Assembly: GCA_963828735.1 (NCBI GenBank) | Contig: CAWHFW010000003.1 | Location: forward strand, 64,001 to 128,000 | Length of the DNA: 64,000 nt | Direction: 5' to 3' | From: an uncultured Gemmatimonadales bacterium | Lineage (GTDB): Bacteria; Gemmatimonadota; Gemmatimonadetes; Gemmatimonadales; GWC2-71-9 | Part shown: positions 18,003 through 28,407 of the stretch, one piece after another | Position numbering within the stretch: position 1 is the stretch's first letter | Layout: every line of letters begins with the position of its first letter | The notes under the pieces: model-generated | What the model was told of the DNA's origin: nothing | Database searches by the model: none | The model's input: only the letters and a program-made list of their open reading frames with translations | Made by a program: the position numbers and the translations under genes

Positions 18003-18942
18003 CGGCGACCTCCCGCGCGGGCGACGCCTCGCGCCATCCCACGAGCAACGCGCGCGCATCGCCAACCAGCACGACGGCCGCGGACGCGTCCGGGCGGCCG
18101 CGCGCGAACTTGACGAGGTCCGCCTCGCCGAGCAGGGCGGCGCAACCCCGGCGCAACGCACCGGCGCTCAGATGGGGCGGCAATGCCCGAAGCACTTCCG
18201 TGCTCGTTCGCTCGCGGGCCGGGATGCCCTCCGCCGCCGCGAGGTAGTCGCGCAGCGCGTCCGCCACGGCCGTGTAGTGCCGCGCGAGGTCTCCGGTCGC
18301 GGCCCAGCCCGCACCTTCGAGCTCGGCCAGGCGCTCGAGCGCCCGCTGGAACGGATCGGCCGCCTCGCTCGCCGCCACGTCCACGGTGGCGAGCGCCGGC
18401 GCCGTGACCAGTGCGCGCCGGCTCCGGCGCCGGAACGCCAGCACCGTGACCAGCATGGCGGACAGGGCGAGCGCGACGTAGCGAGGGTCGGGTCCGGGGA
18501 GCTCGACGATCTCCTTGATGTCCCGCAGCGTCGGGCCGCCGCCCGAGGTGAGCACCGGCGCGATCTCGATCACCACCGGATCGCTCCGAACGGTGCCGTG
18601 AAGGATCACGGCGCCCCGACGAAAATTGATCGCGAACGAGGGGATCGTCTGGCGTCCGGGACGGTAGAAGGCGAGACGCGCTCTCGCCTCGAGGACGCGG
18701 TTGGCGGTGCGCCGCATCGAGTCGACGGACAGAAGCCGGACCCCGTCGGCCAGGGTCACCTCCGGATGCGGCGTGGACTCGAGTAGCGCATCACCTTCGT
18801 ACAGCCGCAGCACCAGCCGCAGGCCGACCGGGTCTCCGACGGTGATACGGCCGGTGTCGGGAATGGCCTCGAACGTCTGCGCGCTCGCCGATGAGACGGC
18901 GATGGCCCCGAACAGCGCGAGGATCAGGACGGCGCCGCGCAT
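17989..18942 (-). CDS. Bat-operon accessory membrane protein (BatD/DUF4381-like), paralog 2
   Basis: Signal peptide, TVGDPV beta domain, LRDIKE, TM, DALRDYL...ERTSTE...ADLVKFA. Confidence 0.8.
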   Translation of the reverse strand: MRGAVLILALFGAIAVSSASAQTFEAIPDTGRITVGDPVGLRLVLRLYEGDALLESTPHPEVTLADGVRLLSVDSMRRTANRVLEARARLAFYRPGRQTIPSFAINFRRGAVILHGTVRSDPVVIEIAPVLTSGGGPTLRDIKEIVELPGPDPRYVALALSAMLVTVLAFRRRSRRALVTAPALATVDVAASEAADPFQRALERLAELEGAGWAATGDLARHYTAVADALRDYLAAAEGIPARERTSTEVLRALPPHLSAGALRRGCAALLGEADLVKFARGRPDASAAVVLVGDARALLVGWREASPAREVADAVR

Positions 18943-19969
18943 CAGCCCGCCACTCCTTCGGTGGCCGCGGCCTTGAGCGCGCCGCTCCGCTGCCACGCCG
19001 TGAGGAGGTCGCGCGCCGCACGAAGGAACCCATCCGCCTGGCCCGGTCCCGGTCGCAGGCGTGCGAACTTGACGAGATCGGCCGCGTCGAACACGCCCTC
19101 GAACCGTCGTGCGCCGTCTCCGGCAAGCAGCGTCGGAGGCAGCACCCAGCGCAGCTCCGACGTCGTGCGCTCGCGAGCGGGAATTCCGTAGGCTTCGAGG
19201 TAATCGCGAACCGCGTCCGTGATGTCCGCGTAGTGGCGCGACACATCCTGCGCGGCCCAGTGCTCACGCTCGATGGCGGCCAGCCGTGCCATCGCCTGAT
19301 CGTAGGGATCGGGCGGCGGCGGTGGGGAACCCTCCTCCGCGGGCGCGATGGGCACCTCCGTGGGCGCGGACTGGCGCGCCCGCCACGCCAGCCATCCGGC
19401 GACTCCGAGTGCGGCAAATCCCAACAGCAGCTCGAGCGGCGGTCCGCCGCGGGACGCGAGGGGTTCTTTAATGTCCCTCAGCGTCGCCGAGGAGCCTCCG
19501 GCGAGCACCGGCACGACCTCCACGCTCGCGCTGTCGCTCGACAGCGTCCCGCGCGACAGTCCCTTCACCGATCGCATGAACGGCAGCTGGAACACGGGCA
19601 CGGCCTGCCGTCCGGGACGATAGAAGGCGATGCGCGCGCGCCCGACGAAGATGCGGTCCGGCTGGCGCTGCAGCTTCTCGACCGAGAAGATGCGAATCCA
19701 GTCGGGCGGCGTGAGTGCGGGCTTGGGAACCGTGTCGAACAGGAGATCACGCTCGTCGAGCCGTACCCGAAACGCGACGGTAATCGTGTCGCCGACCGTC
19801 GGCCGAGCCGTTTCGGGGGTGACGTCCCAGTGCTGTCCGTGGAGCTGTGCGGCGATCGAGCGGGGAGACGCGACGAGAGCCGCTAGGCCGATCCCGATGG
19901 CCAAGGCCTGGCGCCCGGGAATCCCCAGGACCGACCGGACGATGCGCGCGCGCGACCATTCCCCGCCCG

Positions 19970-19979
<10 letters not shown>
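18942..19979 (-). CDS. Bat-operon accessory membrane protein (BatD/DUF4381-like), paralog 1; start uncertain
   Basis: TVGDTI, AFYRPGRQ, LRDIKE, TM, DAVRDYL...ERTTSE...ADLVKFA; TGATG overlap with the next gene. Confidence 0.8.
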
Positions 19980-20847
<868 letters not shown>

Positions 20848-20851
<4 letters not shown>

Positions 20852-21873
20852 GGCACCGGCACCGCCTCGAAGATCCGTCGCAGCAGCGCGTCCGGCCCCA
20901 CGCCTTCGGCATCGGCGCGGTACGTGAGGATGACGCGATGGCGGAGCACGTCGGGGCCGAGGGCCTTGATGTCGTCGGGCGTGACGTACGCGCGCCCCCG
21001 AATGAAGGCGTGCGCCTTGGCGGCGCGCAGGAGGAAGATCGCCGCCCGGGGCGAGGCCCCGAACTCGATGAGCGGCGCGAGGTCCGCCAGCCCGGCGTCG
21101 GCCGGGCGGCGCGTCGCGCCGACGAGGTCGAGCACGTATTCCTTGACCCGCTCGTCGGTGTACACCTGCTGTACCACGCGCCGGGCGCCGAGCACCCGCG
21201 CGGGATCCATCACGCACGTGGCCTCCGGCTCGTCCGGCCCGGTCATCCGGTCCAGCACCTCCCGCTCCTCCCGCCGTTCCGGATAGGTGACGACCAGCTT
21301 GAACATGAAGCGGTCCACCTGCGCCTCGGGCAGCGGATAGGTGCCCTCGTGCTCGATCGGGTTCTGCGTCGCGAGGACCAGGAACAGCTCGGGTAGCGGA
21401 TAGGTCTGCCCGCCGATCGTCACCTGCTTCTCCTGCATCGCCTCGAGCAGCGCGCTCTGCACCTTGGCCGGCGCGCGGTTGATCTCGTCGGCGAGCAGCA
21501 GATTGGTGAAGATGGGACCCTTCTGGACGGTGAAGTCCCCGCTCCGCTGGTTGTAGATCATCGTGCCGATGAGGTCGGCCGGGAGCAGGTCGGGCGTGAA
21601 CTGGATGCGGTGGAACGCCGCCGCGATCGTGCCGGCGAGCGTCCGGATGGAGAGGGTCTTGGCCAGCCCCGGCACGCCCTCGAGCAGCACGTGACCGTCC
21701 GCCAGCAGCCCGATCAACAGCCGCTCGAGCATCGCGTGCTGCCCCACGATGACGCGGCCGAGCTCCGTCATGAGCTCGCCCACCAGCCGGCTCTCCTGCG
21801 CGATCAGTCCGGCATCAGGCAACGCGGAGGCCGCGCGGGGATCGGCCGCGAAGCGCTCGGGAAGGGTTGTCAT
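20848..21873 (-). CDS. moxR: MoxR family AAA+ ATPase
   Basis: LEGVPGLAKT, RIQFTPDLLPAD, LADEINRAPAKVQSALLEAMQE, ATQNPIE, GASPRA. Confidence 0.95.
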
Positions 21874-21887
21874 GTTGGGGGAATCTA

Positions 21888-23240
21888 CTACGGCCAATCC
21901 ACGAGCGGGGCGGGTGGGGGACGCACGACGGCCACGGCGAGCGCGCCGGTGGCTGCGAACACTTCCGCGCGATGCCGCCGCTGGACGACCGCCCCCCACA
22001 CGTAGTCGCCGCGCTCGTAGCGCGCCCCGGAGTACCAGAACGTGATCGCGTCGGTCACCGGATCGTACTCGAAGGTCGTGCGATAGACGATGTCCTGGAG
22101 CGTCGGCGTGGCCCCCCTGGTGAGCACCGCGTTCGGCAGCACCTCCCACACGAGCCCGTCCGCGCTCTCGGCGATGTAGACCGCCGGCGTCGCGCAGTCG
22201 GCCTCCGTCTTGGCGTTGTAGACCGCCCAGAACACCTGCCGGCTCGCAATCCATTGTACGTCGATGTGCCAGGGCGAGAGGCCCGGCTGCTTGAGCGCCA
22301 CCCGGGCCGGCGTTCCCCAATGAAGCCCGTCCGCGGAGCGGCGTGCGTCCACCGTGGTGGCGGCGGCACCACATCCTGTCGTCCCGGTGTTGACGGCGAA
22401 CATCCACCAGTCGTCGGCCGCTCGCCGGACGATGCTCGGAGACACCAGCTCGTGGTTCGGGGCGCGCGCCACCTCGAGCGGCGCGGTCCATTGGCGTCCA
22501 TCCGCGGTTCGGACCAGCATCACGAGATTCGCGTCGATGACCTGGCGATAGTAGAGCCAGAGCTCGCCGAGTTCGGGCACGTAGACCAGGTCGGGGTCGG
22601 AGAGATAGCCGGTGTCCGGCAGCACCACCGGATTTGGAACGCCGTTGGTCAGCGACCACAGGTCGCGGCGAGCGCCGTCGAACAGCGACGGGTTCTCGAA
22701 GGACTGGTCCCCATGAGGATACGGCGTGATCGCGAGATGGAAGGGTTGCCCGAAGGCCCCGTCCGGCGTCGCGGCGTAATCCGGATGCACCACCTGGTGC
22801 GAGCCGTCGTAGGTCGGCACGTCGATCGGGAACAGCTCGCCGAACGGCAGCGCCTGGTCGCTCTCCGCGACGGCGGTGAAGATCGCTGGCTCGAGTCCTG
22901 GCAGGGTCGCCTCGACGCTACGCTGGCCCTCGCTCTTCCCGAGCACCCAGCGCGCCTCCGCGTGGCCCTCCTCGTCGGTCGCTGGATCGAGCGGAATGAC
23001 CCGATCATCGCCGACGGCGCGCCATTCGACCTTTACGCCGCGCATCGGCCGGCCGTCGCCGTCGACGACGGTCACGACGATCGGCGTCGGCAGCAGCGTT
23101 CCGATTTGAGCGATCTGTGCGTCGCCGTTGGTCACCTCCAACCGCGCGGGCATCACCGGCCCCGCACCGTCGGCGCACGCCATGGACGACGCAGACAGCA
23201 ACGCGATCGCGTTGGCGACACGATTCGAAACGATGCGCAT
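21888..23240 (-). CDS. Putative lipoprotein: Ig-like (Big_1-like) domain plus glycoside-hydrolase-like beta-propeller
   Basis: Signal ending SMA-C; GDAQ...PIVVTVVDGDGRP...TDEEGHAEARWVLG; TYDGSHQVVHPD, TPYP, ENPS, repeated Asp-box-like SADGLHW/TADGRQW/SADGLVW. Confidence 0.75.
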   Translation of the reverse strand: MRIVSNRVANAIALLSASSMACADGAGPVMPARLEVTNGDAQIAQIGTLLPTPIVVTVVDGDGRPMRGVKVEWRAVGDDRVIPLDPATDEEGHAEARWVLGKSEGQRSVEATLPGLEPAIFTAVAESDQALPFGELFPIDVPTYDGSHQVVHPDYAATPDGAFGQPFHLAITPYPHGDQSFENPSLFDGARRDLWSLTNGVPNPVVLPDTGYLSDPDLVYVPELGELWLYYRQVIDANLVMLVRTADGRQWTAPLEVARAPNHELVSPSIVRRAADDWWMFAVNTGTTGCGAAATTVDARRSADGLHWGTPARVALKQPGLSPWHIDVQWIASRQVFWAVYNAKTEADCATPAVYIAESADGLVWEVLPNAVLTRGATPTLQDIVYRTTFEYDPVTDAITFWYSGARYERGDYVWGAVVQRRHRAEVFAATGALAVAVVRPPPAPLVDWP

Positions 23241-23422
23241 GGGCGATCCGGTGAAAGCGGAGCAACGACGGTTCGTTCGTCGTCCGACGCGCGCTCCTGC
23301 GCGCCGGTTTCGCGCGAAACCGCGGCGACGACCTCGCCGTCAGGAGAGAGATTGTGCCTCTGGCTCTCCGGTCACTCGAGCTTTGACCTCACACATGCGC
23401 GGAACGTTGCTTCGAAACCCCC

Positions 23423-23530
23423 GCGGCAGTCCTGGTCGCCAGCGGCGTTACCTACGTTGGGAGTGGCGATGAGCAGCTGTACGCCCTCGACGCGAGCGGC
23501 GAGGAGCAGTGGCGGTTCGTGGCGAAGGGG
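23423..23530 (+). pseudogene. Remnant of a PQQ-type (BamB-like) beta-propeller repeat
   Basis: Translates AAVLVASGVTYVGSGDEQLYALDASGEEQWRFVAKG, one clear repeat with no convincing start or continuation. Confidence 0.6.
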
Positions 23531-23782
23531 CGGCAGGGAGTTCGAAAACGGCGAAGAACGGTCACCGTGGGACATCTCGGGTTGGTGGGAGGCGAGCGGG
23601 CGGCAGATACGACTGCGGTGACCGAGGCGCTCGGACTGGATGGGAGCGCGGTCTCGCGGCGGCATCAGTGAACCGGGACGCCGGCGGCGAGGGCCCCGGG
23701 TTCGTCCGCGTCAACGGGTCAGGAACGAGCGGCGATCCGATTCCGGACGTCGTGCGGATTCAAACGGTGGCGGAGTACCGAC

Positions 23783-23925
23783 GGGTGAGATGAAGGGTCG
23801 AGGAATCAGACGAGGCGACGGGACAGCCGGAAGCGCGGGCACCCGGAACCGAGCGAGGGATCTCCTGCCCCGGGTTCGACCCCGGCGAGAAGATCCCTCG
23901 TTGCTGTCCGGCCTTCACCTCACCC
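23783..23925. repeat. Long nested inverted repeat containing a REP-like core (copy 1)
   Basis: GGGTGAGATGAAGG/CCTTCACCTCACCC, GGACAGC/GCTGTCC, CGAGGGATCT/AGATCCCTCG, inner CCGGG-TTCGAC-CCCGG. Confidence 0.7.
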
Positions 23926-23943
23926 CGCTCGTCCCAAACCCTC

Positions 23944-24204
23944 TCACGTCGGTCCGTTGAACGCCGGATCGCTCGCCCGCGTCCGCAGGTCGGTCTCGGC
24001 CCCGCGGTACCACCCGCCCCGGAACTCGAAGTGGCTCCCGTCCAGAATTCTCGAATTGAGCGCGTCGGTGCCCTGCTGCTGTACCTGCCACAGCAGCACC
24101 TTGGCGCCCATCTCGGCCGCGGTTTCCCAGATATCGGGAACCAGCGGCGGGTAGAGATCGGCGAATTCCGGCTTGAGCCTGGCTTCCCGAGGCGTGAACT
24201 CCAT
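23944..24204 (-). CDS. Small hypothetical protein (86 aa)
   Basis: GGAGG RBS before ATG 24204; REARLKPEFADLYP...W...RILDGSHFEFRGG; protein-like composition. Confidence 0.75.
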   Translation of the reverse strand: MEFTPREARLKPEFADLYPPLVPDIWETAAEMGAKVLLWQVQQQGTDALNSRILDGSHFEFRGGWYRGAETDLRTRASDPAFNGPT

Positions 24205-24373
24205 CCCTACCTCCAGCATGATCGAGGCGAGCCCGCGCGGTCCGGGCGACGAGAGCTAGGATAATGCAGCCCGACCGGCAGAGCCACCAGGGGCCGTGCG
24301 ACCGGTGCGCGCCCCTCCCGTCCCTTCCCTGACACCGCCACTATTCGGGTCGCCTCATCGGGACACGTTCGTC

Positions 24374-25411
24374 ATGCGCATTGTGGTGACCTTCGACACT
24401 CCGTACGACGGGTGGGAGCACCCGGATCACGAGCGCCAGATGGCGACCGAGGTTGCGGCGTGGAAACACGATGAGCCCGAGATGGAGTACCAGATCGCCG
24501 ACGCCCTGCGGCTCAAGGGGCACGACGTGATGCTGGTCGGTGTGCGCAACGACCTGCAGTACCTGGTTCGGTGCCTCGAGGAGATCCGACCGGACCTGGT
24601 CTTCAACGGGGTCGAGGCCTTCCACGGCCACGCCGGCCTCGAGTACATGGTCCCCGGCATGCTCGAAGCCGAGGGTTACCGCTATACCGGGTCCCCGCCG
24701 CTCTCGCTGTTGGTGTCGCGCAACAAGGCCATGAGCAAGAAAATCCTCGCGTTCCACGGGATCCGGGTTCCTGCCTTCGTCACCTGCCGGCCAGGCGAGG
24801 CCCTGACCGTGCCCCCGGATCTCCGGTTTCCGCTCATCGTCAAGCCGCTCCAGACCGACGCTTCGGCGGGGATCGCGCAGGCGTCGGTGGTGCAGGACCA
24901 GTCGTCGCTCGCCGACCGGGTCGCCATGATGCACGATCGGTTCGACCAGCCCGCGATCGCCGAGGAGTTCGTGGACGGCCGCGAGCTTTACGTGAGCCTG
25001 CTCGGCAACGGCAACGACCTCGACATCCTGCCGATCACCGAGATGGTGTTTGACAAACGGAGGACCCGTCCGGAGGAGCGTATCGCCACCCAGAGCGCGA
25101 AGTGGGACGAGGACTATCGGTCGCGGAAGGGCATTCGCAACGTGTTCGCGAGGCCCCTGGCGCGTCCGGTACGGCACCGGATCGAGGATATCTGCCGGAC
25201 GGCCTTCCGCGCGCTCTGGTTGCGGGACTACGCCCGGCTCGACGTGCGCGTCGCGGCCGACGGCGAGGTCTGGGTACTCGAGGCCAACGCCAACCCCTTC
25301 ATCAGCTACGGGCACGACATGGCCAACGCGGCACAAAAGGCCGGGATGGACTACTACGAGTTCATCCAGCGGCTGGTCGACGAGGCGATCGCACGGTATG
25401 AGCATGCGTAG
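24374..25411 (+). CDS. D-Ala-D-Ala ligase-like ATP-grasp protein
   Basis: PDLVFN, YTGS...NKAMSK, FPLIVKP...SAGI, EEFVDGRE, DYARLD, LEANANP; lacks the Ddl N-terminal GGxSxE motif. Confidence 0.88.
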   Translation: MRIVVTFDTPYDGWEHPDHERQMATEVAAWKHDEPEMEYQIADALRLKGHDVMLVGVRNDLQYLVRCLEEIRPDLVFNGVEAFHGHAGLEYMVPGMLEAEGYRYTGSPPLSLLVSRNKAMSKKILAFHGIRVPAFVTCRPGEALTVPPDLRFPLIVKPLQTDASAGIAQASVVQDQSSLADRVAMMHDRFDQPAIAEEFVDGRELYVSLLGNGNDLDILPITEMVFDKRRTRPEERIATQSAKWDEDYRSRKGIRNVFARPLARPVRHRIEDICRTAFRALWLRDYARLDVRVAADGEVWVLEANANPFISYGHDMANAAQKAGMDYYEFIQRLVDEAIARYEHA

Positions 25412-26411
25412 CAGGTCGCGCCATCGTCCGGCACCGCGCGCGGAGTACCGCTGCGTCTGCGGGCATGGGCTCAAGAAGTACTGGGCCTACTGCGGCAACT
25501 GCGGCCGGGCCCAGCAGTGGAAGGATCTGGGCCAGGTGACCGGCGCGGAATGCTTCAGCTGCGGTTGGGTGGTGAGCGACCGGTTCTCCCACTGCCCGTG
25601 GTGCGACGCCGACATTCACGAGGAGGGCTACTCCAGCGAGCGGCCGCTGAAGGCGCCGCGAGGCTTCCGCATGGACGCTCGCTGCGACTGGGGATGCGGC
25701 GGCGGCGTCCAGTACCCCATGCCCTATTGCCCCTGGTGCGGGCGGCCGCAGAGCTGGAATGAGGAAGACGTGTTCGAGGGCGAATGCCCGCACTGCGATC
25801 GAGGGGTGGACGACTGGATGAACATCTGCCCCTGGTGCGGCCTCGACGCCACGGGACGGGACCTGATCCCGAGGGCGCTCACCCGCGTGCGCCGGCTGCT
25901 CCTGGTCTCGCGGATCCGCGATTGGGGCTATCGCGTGCTGCTCCGCCCTGGCGTGTCGGGCGTGGACCCGCGGTATCCAAAGGCGGTCGAGATCGAGCAG
26001 CGCTACGTCATCGGCAACAAGCGCCCCGACGAGATCTCGTGGACCATGCTGGTCGGCCTCATCACCCACGAGCTCGGCCACAGCTTCCTGTATCACCACT
26101 GGGACTGGGCCAGGAGTCGGAGCTTCCGCCGCGCCTTCGGCGAGGTGGACAAGGCCTACCGCGGCATGGACAACACCTGGGTGTACTTCCAGCGCCGCCG
26201 CATCGCCATTGCTCCGCGTGACTTCGTGAGCACCTACGCGGCGAAACATCCCCAGGAAGACTTCGCCGAGGTCTTCCGTTTCTACGTCACGCGCCGGGGT
26301 CGCCTGCGCGACCTGTTCGCGGAATTCGGGCAGAAGCGGAAGGGCGTGATCCTCTATGAGAAGTTCCTGGTCCTGCACGACTTCGTGCGGGCACTGCGTG
26401 GGTGGGGCTGA
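25398..26411 (+). CDS. Four zinc-ribbon repeats fused to a putative zinc-binding metallopeptidase (Peptidase_Mx-like)
   Basis: CVCG..YCGNCG, CFSCG..HCPWCD, CDWGCG..YCPWCG, CPHCD..ICPWCG; HELGH; FVSTYAAKHPQEDFAEVF. Confidence 0.85.
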   Translation: MSMRSRSRHRPAPRAEYRCVCGHGLKKYWAYCGNCGRAQQWKDLGQVTGAECFSCGWVVSDRFSHCPWCDADIHEEGYSSERPLKAPRGFRMDARCDWGCGGGVQYPMPYCPWCGRPQSWNEEDVFEGECPHCDRGVDDWMNICPWCGLDATGRDLIPRALTRVRRLLLVSRIRDWGYRVLLRPGVSGVDPRYPKAVEIEQRYVIGNKRPDEISWTMLVGLITHELGHSFLYHHWDWARSRSFRRAFGEVDKAYRGMDNTWVYFQRRRIAIAPRDFVSTYAAKHPQEDFAEVFRFYVTRRGRLRDLFAEFGQKRKGVILYEKFLVLHDFVRALRGWG

Positions 26412-26444
26412 GGAGCGCGGTCAGACGGGTCAGCGCGGGCCACG

Positions 26445-26503
26445 ATCCCGAACCCAACGAGGGACCTCCTTCGCGGGTGTCCACCCGGCTAGGGAGATCC
26501 CTC
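26445..26503. repeat. REP-like palindrome (copy 2)
   Basis: atcccgaacccaaCGAGGGACCTCC...GGAGATCCCTC, homologous to 23842-23900; followed by a direct repeat catcttgcctg x2. Confidence 0.65.
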
Positions 26504-26563
26504 ATCTTGCCTGAGTAGGCATCTTGCCTGCGTAGCCTCCCACACACCGGAGCGCCGGGCGCA

Positions 26564-26668
26564 GGCGGGGGTGCCGCTCGCAGAGGGAGCGTCAGCGCGC
26601 GCTCACCTCACTGCGAGATCTCAAACGCCGAGCGCGCTGCAGCGACCGGCGCGAGCGGCACCTCCGCC
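26564..26668. repeat. Large hairpin (18-bp outer stem) between convergent genes
   Basis: GGCGGGGGTGCCGCTCGC/GCGAGCGGCACCTCCGCC with inner CAGCGCGC/GCGCGCTG. Confidence 0.6.
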
Positions 26669-26705
26669 GGAGCCATTGCACCGACCCCGAGCCGCCCAAC
26701 CCCCG

Positions 26706-28304
26706 TTACCGGTCCGCCAGCACCTCCATCGCGGCGTTCCGCCCGTTGATCCCGATCACGCTCCCGCCCGGATGCGTCCCCGCCCCGCAAAGGAACACCC
26801 CCGGCATCGGCGTCCGCGCCTGCAGCCGACGGTCCCACATGTACGCCGGCAGGATCTCCCCCTGAAAGATGTGCCCGCCCGTGAGGCCCACCCGCCGCTC
26901 GATGTCCGGCGGTCCAAGCACGTCGATCGCCGTGATTGCCCCCGGCAGGTTGCTGCAGAACCGCGCGATCGAGTTCACGACCGTCTGTCCCGCCTCCTCG
27001 CGCCGCGTATCCCAGGTCCCTTCCTTGAACCGGTGCGGCACGTACTGGGCGAAGACGCTCAGCGTATGCACGTGGTCGGGCGCGACCGAACGATCGAACA
27101 CCGTCTGCAGATAGAGCTCGCACCAGGTGCGCGGGGGAAGGACGCCGTCATTGGCCATCCGGTGGTAGTCGCGCCACTCGCGCTTCGAGAGCGGCGTGTT
27201 CACCTGCCCCGTGTGATGCGGCTCGTTCGTGCCCGGCCGCGCGGTGAAGTTGGGGAGCTCCGTGAGGGTCATGTTCACCTTCACCGTCACTCCTTCGATC
27301 GGAATCCCCCGCACCTGCGCCGCCCAGGCCGGGTCCGCGGCCCCGTCGAGCAGGCGGAGGGTGACCCGCGGATCGGCATTGGACACGACGCTCGGCGCGC
27401 GGATCCGCTCGCCCGACTCGAGCTCCACGCCCTCGCCCGGCACGATGCGCGCGACCGGCACGCCCGCGGCAACGGTGACTCCTGACTCGCGCGCGATGTC
27501 GCACAGCAGAAAGGACACCATCCCCATGCCGCCGTCCACGTAGCCCCACGTGCCTGGCAGACCCTCCATGCGCCCGGAGGCATGATGGAACAGGATCGAG
27601 GCCGTGCCCGCGTCGAACGGGCTGGCGTTGGTGCCGATGACGCCCTGGCCGAGATACGCGAGCTGCAGGCGCTCGTCGCGCAGGTAGCGCTCGACCATCT
27701 CCACCATCGACCACTCGAAGAGCAGCCCGCGCGCCTCGGCGTCGCCGCCCAGGCGTTGCTCGAGGGCTTCGCGCGAAGGTGAGGGCCCGATCCACACGTC
27801 GCCCTCGCCGTCCGGCCGCAGGAGGTCGCGGAGGCGATCCTTGACCGCCTTCATCGCCCGCCAGCCGGCCACGTCCCCAGGTGAGAACCGCCGAACCTCC
27901 TCCTCGCAGCGCTCGTCGTCCTCCCACAGCTGAACACTGCCCCCGTCCTCGAACGGCATGAACATTCCGCCGGCCGCCGGCGTCCAGCGGAACCCGTGAC
28001 CCGCGAGATCGAGCTCCCGCATCACCAGCGGATGCAGCAGGCCGGCCACGTAGGCGCAGGGGGACATGCGGACCCCGGGCCAGGGCTCCTCGAGCGTGCA
28101 CGCGCCTCCCACCTGCTCGCGCGCCTCGAGGACCAGCACCCGTCGACCCGCGCGCGCGAGATAGGCCGCGCAAGCGAGGCCGTTGTGCCCGGCTCCGACG
28201 ACGATCACATCCCATTGGCGGCCGGCGAGCGTGCGCACCGGGTCGGGCAGGCCCACACGCCCAAGCACCGCGCCGGTCGGGCTATCCTGATACCGACGGT
28301 TCAC
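26706..28304 (-). CDS. Phytoene dehydrogenase-like FAD/NAD(P)-dependent oxidoreductase
   Basis: VVGAGHNGL, VLEAREQVGGA, GGHIFQGE, LCGAGTHPGGSVIGINGRNAA; AGGAG RBS before GTG. Confidence 0.92.
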   Translation of the reverse strand: MNRRYQDSPTGAVLGRVGLPDPVRTLAGRQWDVIVVGAGHNGLACAAYLARAGRRVLVLEAREQVGGACTLEEPWPGVRMSPCAYVAGLLHPLVMRELDLAGHGFRWTPAAGGMFMPFEDGGSVQLWEDDERCEEEVRRFSPGDVAGWRAMKAVKDRLRDLLRPDGEGDVWIGPSPSREALEQRLGGDAEARGLLFEWSMVEMVERYLRDERLQLAYLGQGVIGTNASPFDAGTASILFHHASGRMEGLPGTWGYVDGGMGMVSFLLCDIARESGVTVAAGVPVARIVPGEGVELESGERIRAPSVVSNADPRVTLRLLDGAADPAWAAQVRGIPIEGVTVKVNMTLTELPNFTARPGTNEPHHTGQVNTPLSKREWRDYHRMANDGVLPPRTWCELYLQTVFDRSVAPDHVHTLSVFAQYVPHRFKEGTWDTRREEAGQTVVNSIARFCSNLPGAITAIDVLGPPDIERRVGLTGGHIFQGEILPAYMWDRRLQARTPMPGVFLCGAGTHPGGSVIGINGRNAAMEVLADR

Positions 28305-28407
28305 GAAGTCTCCTGATCGGACGAAACGAGCGGCAGGACCAATCTAAGAGGGGCAGACACGGCACGAGGTAAGGTGGGCCGGCGCGCGGCGGGACCGGGC
28401 ATCAGTG

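Noticed and set aside
23868..23885. CCGGGTTCGACCCCGG resembles a tRNA T-arm
   Set aside because: The loop is 6 nt rather than 7, and there is no acceptor, D or anticodon arm or CCA. It is the inner stem of the REP-like element.
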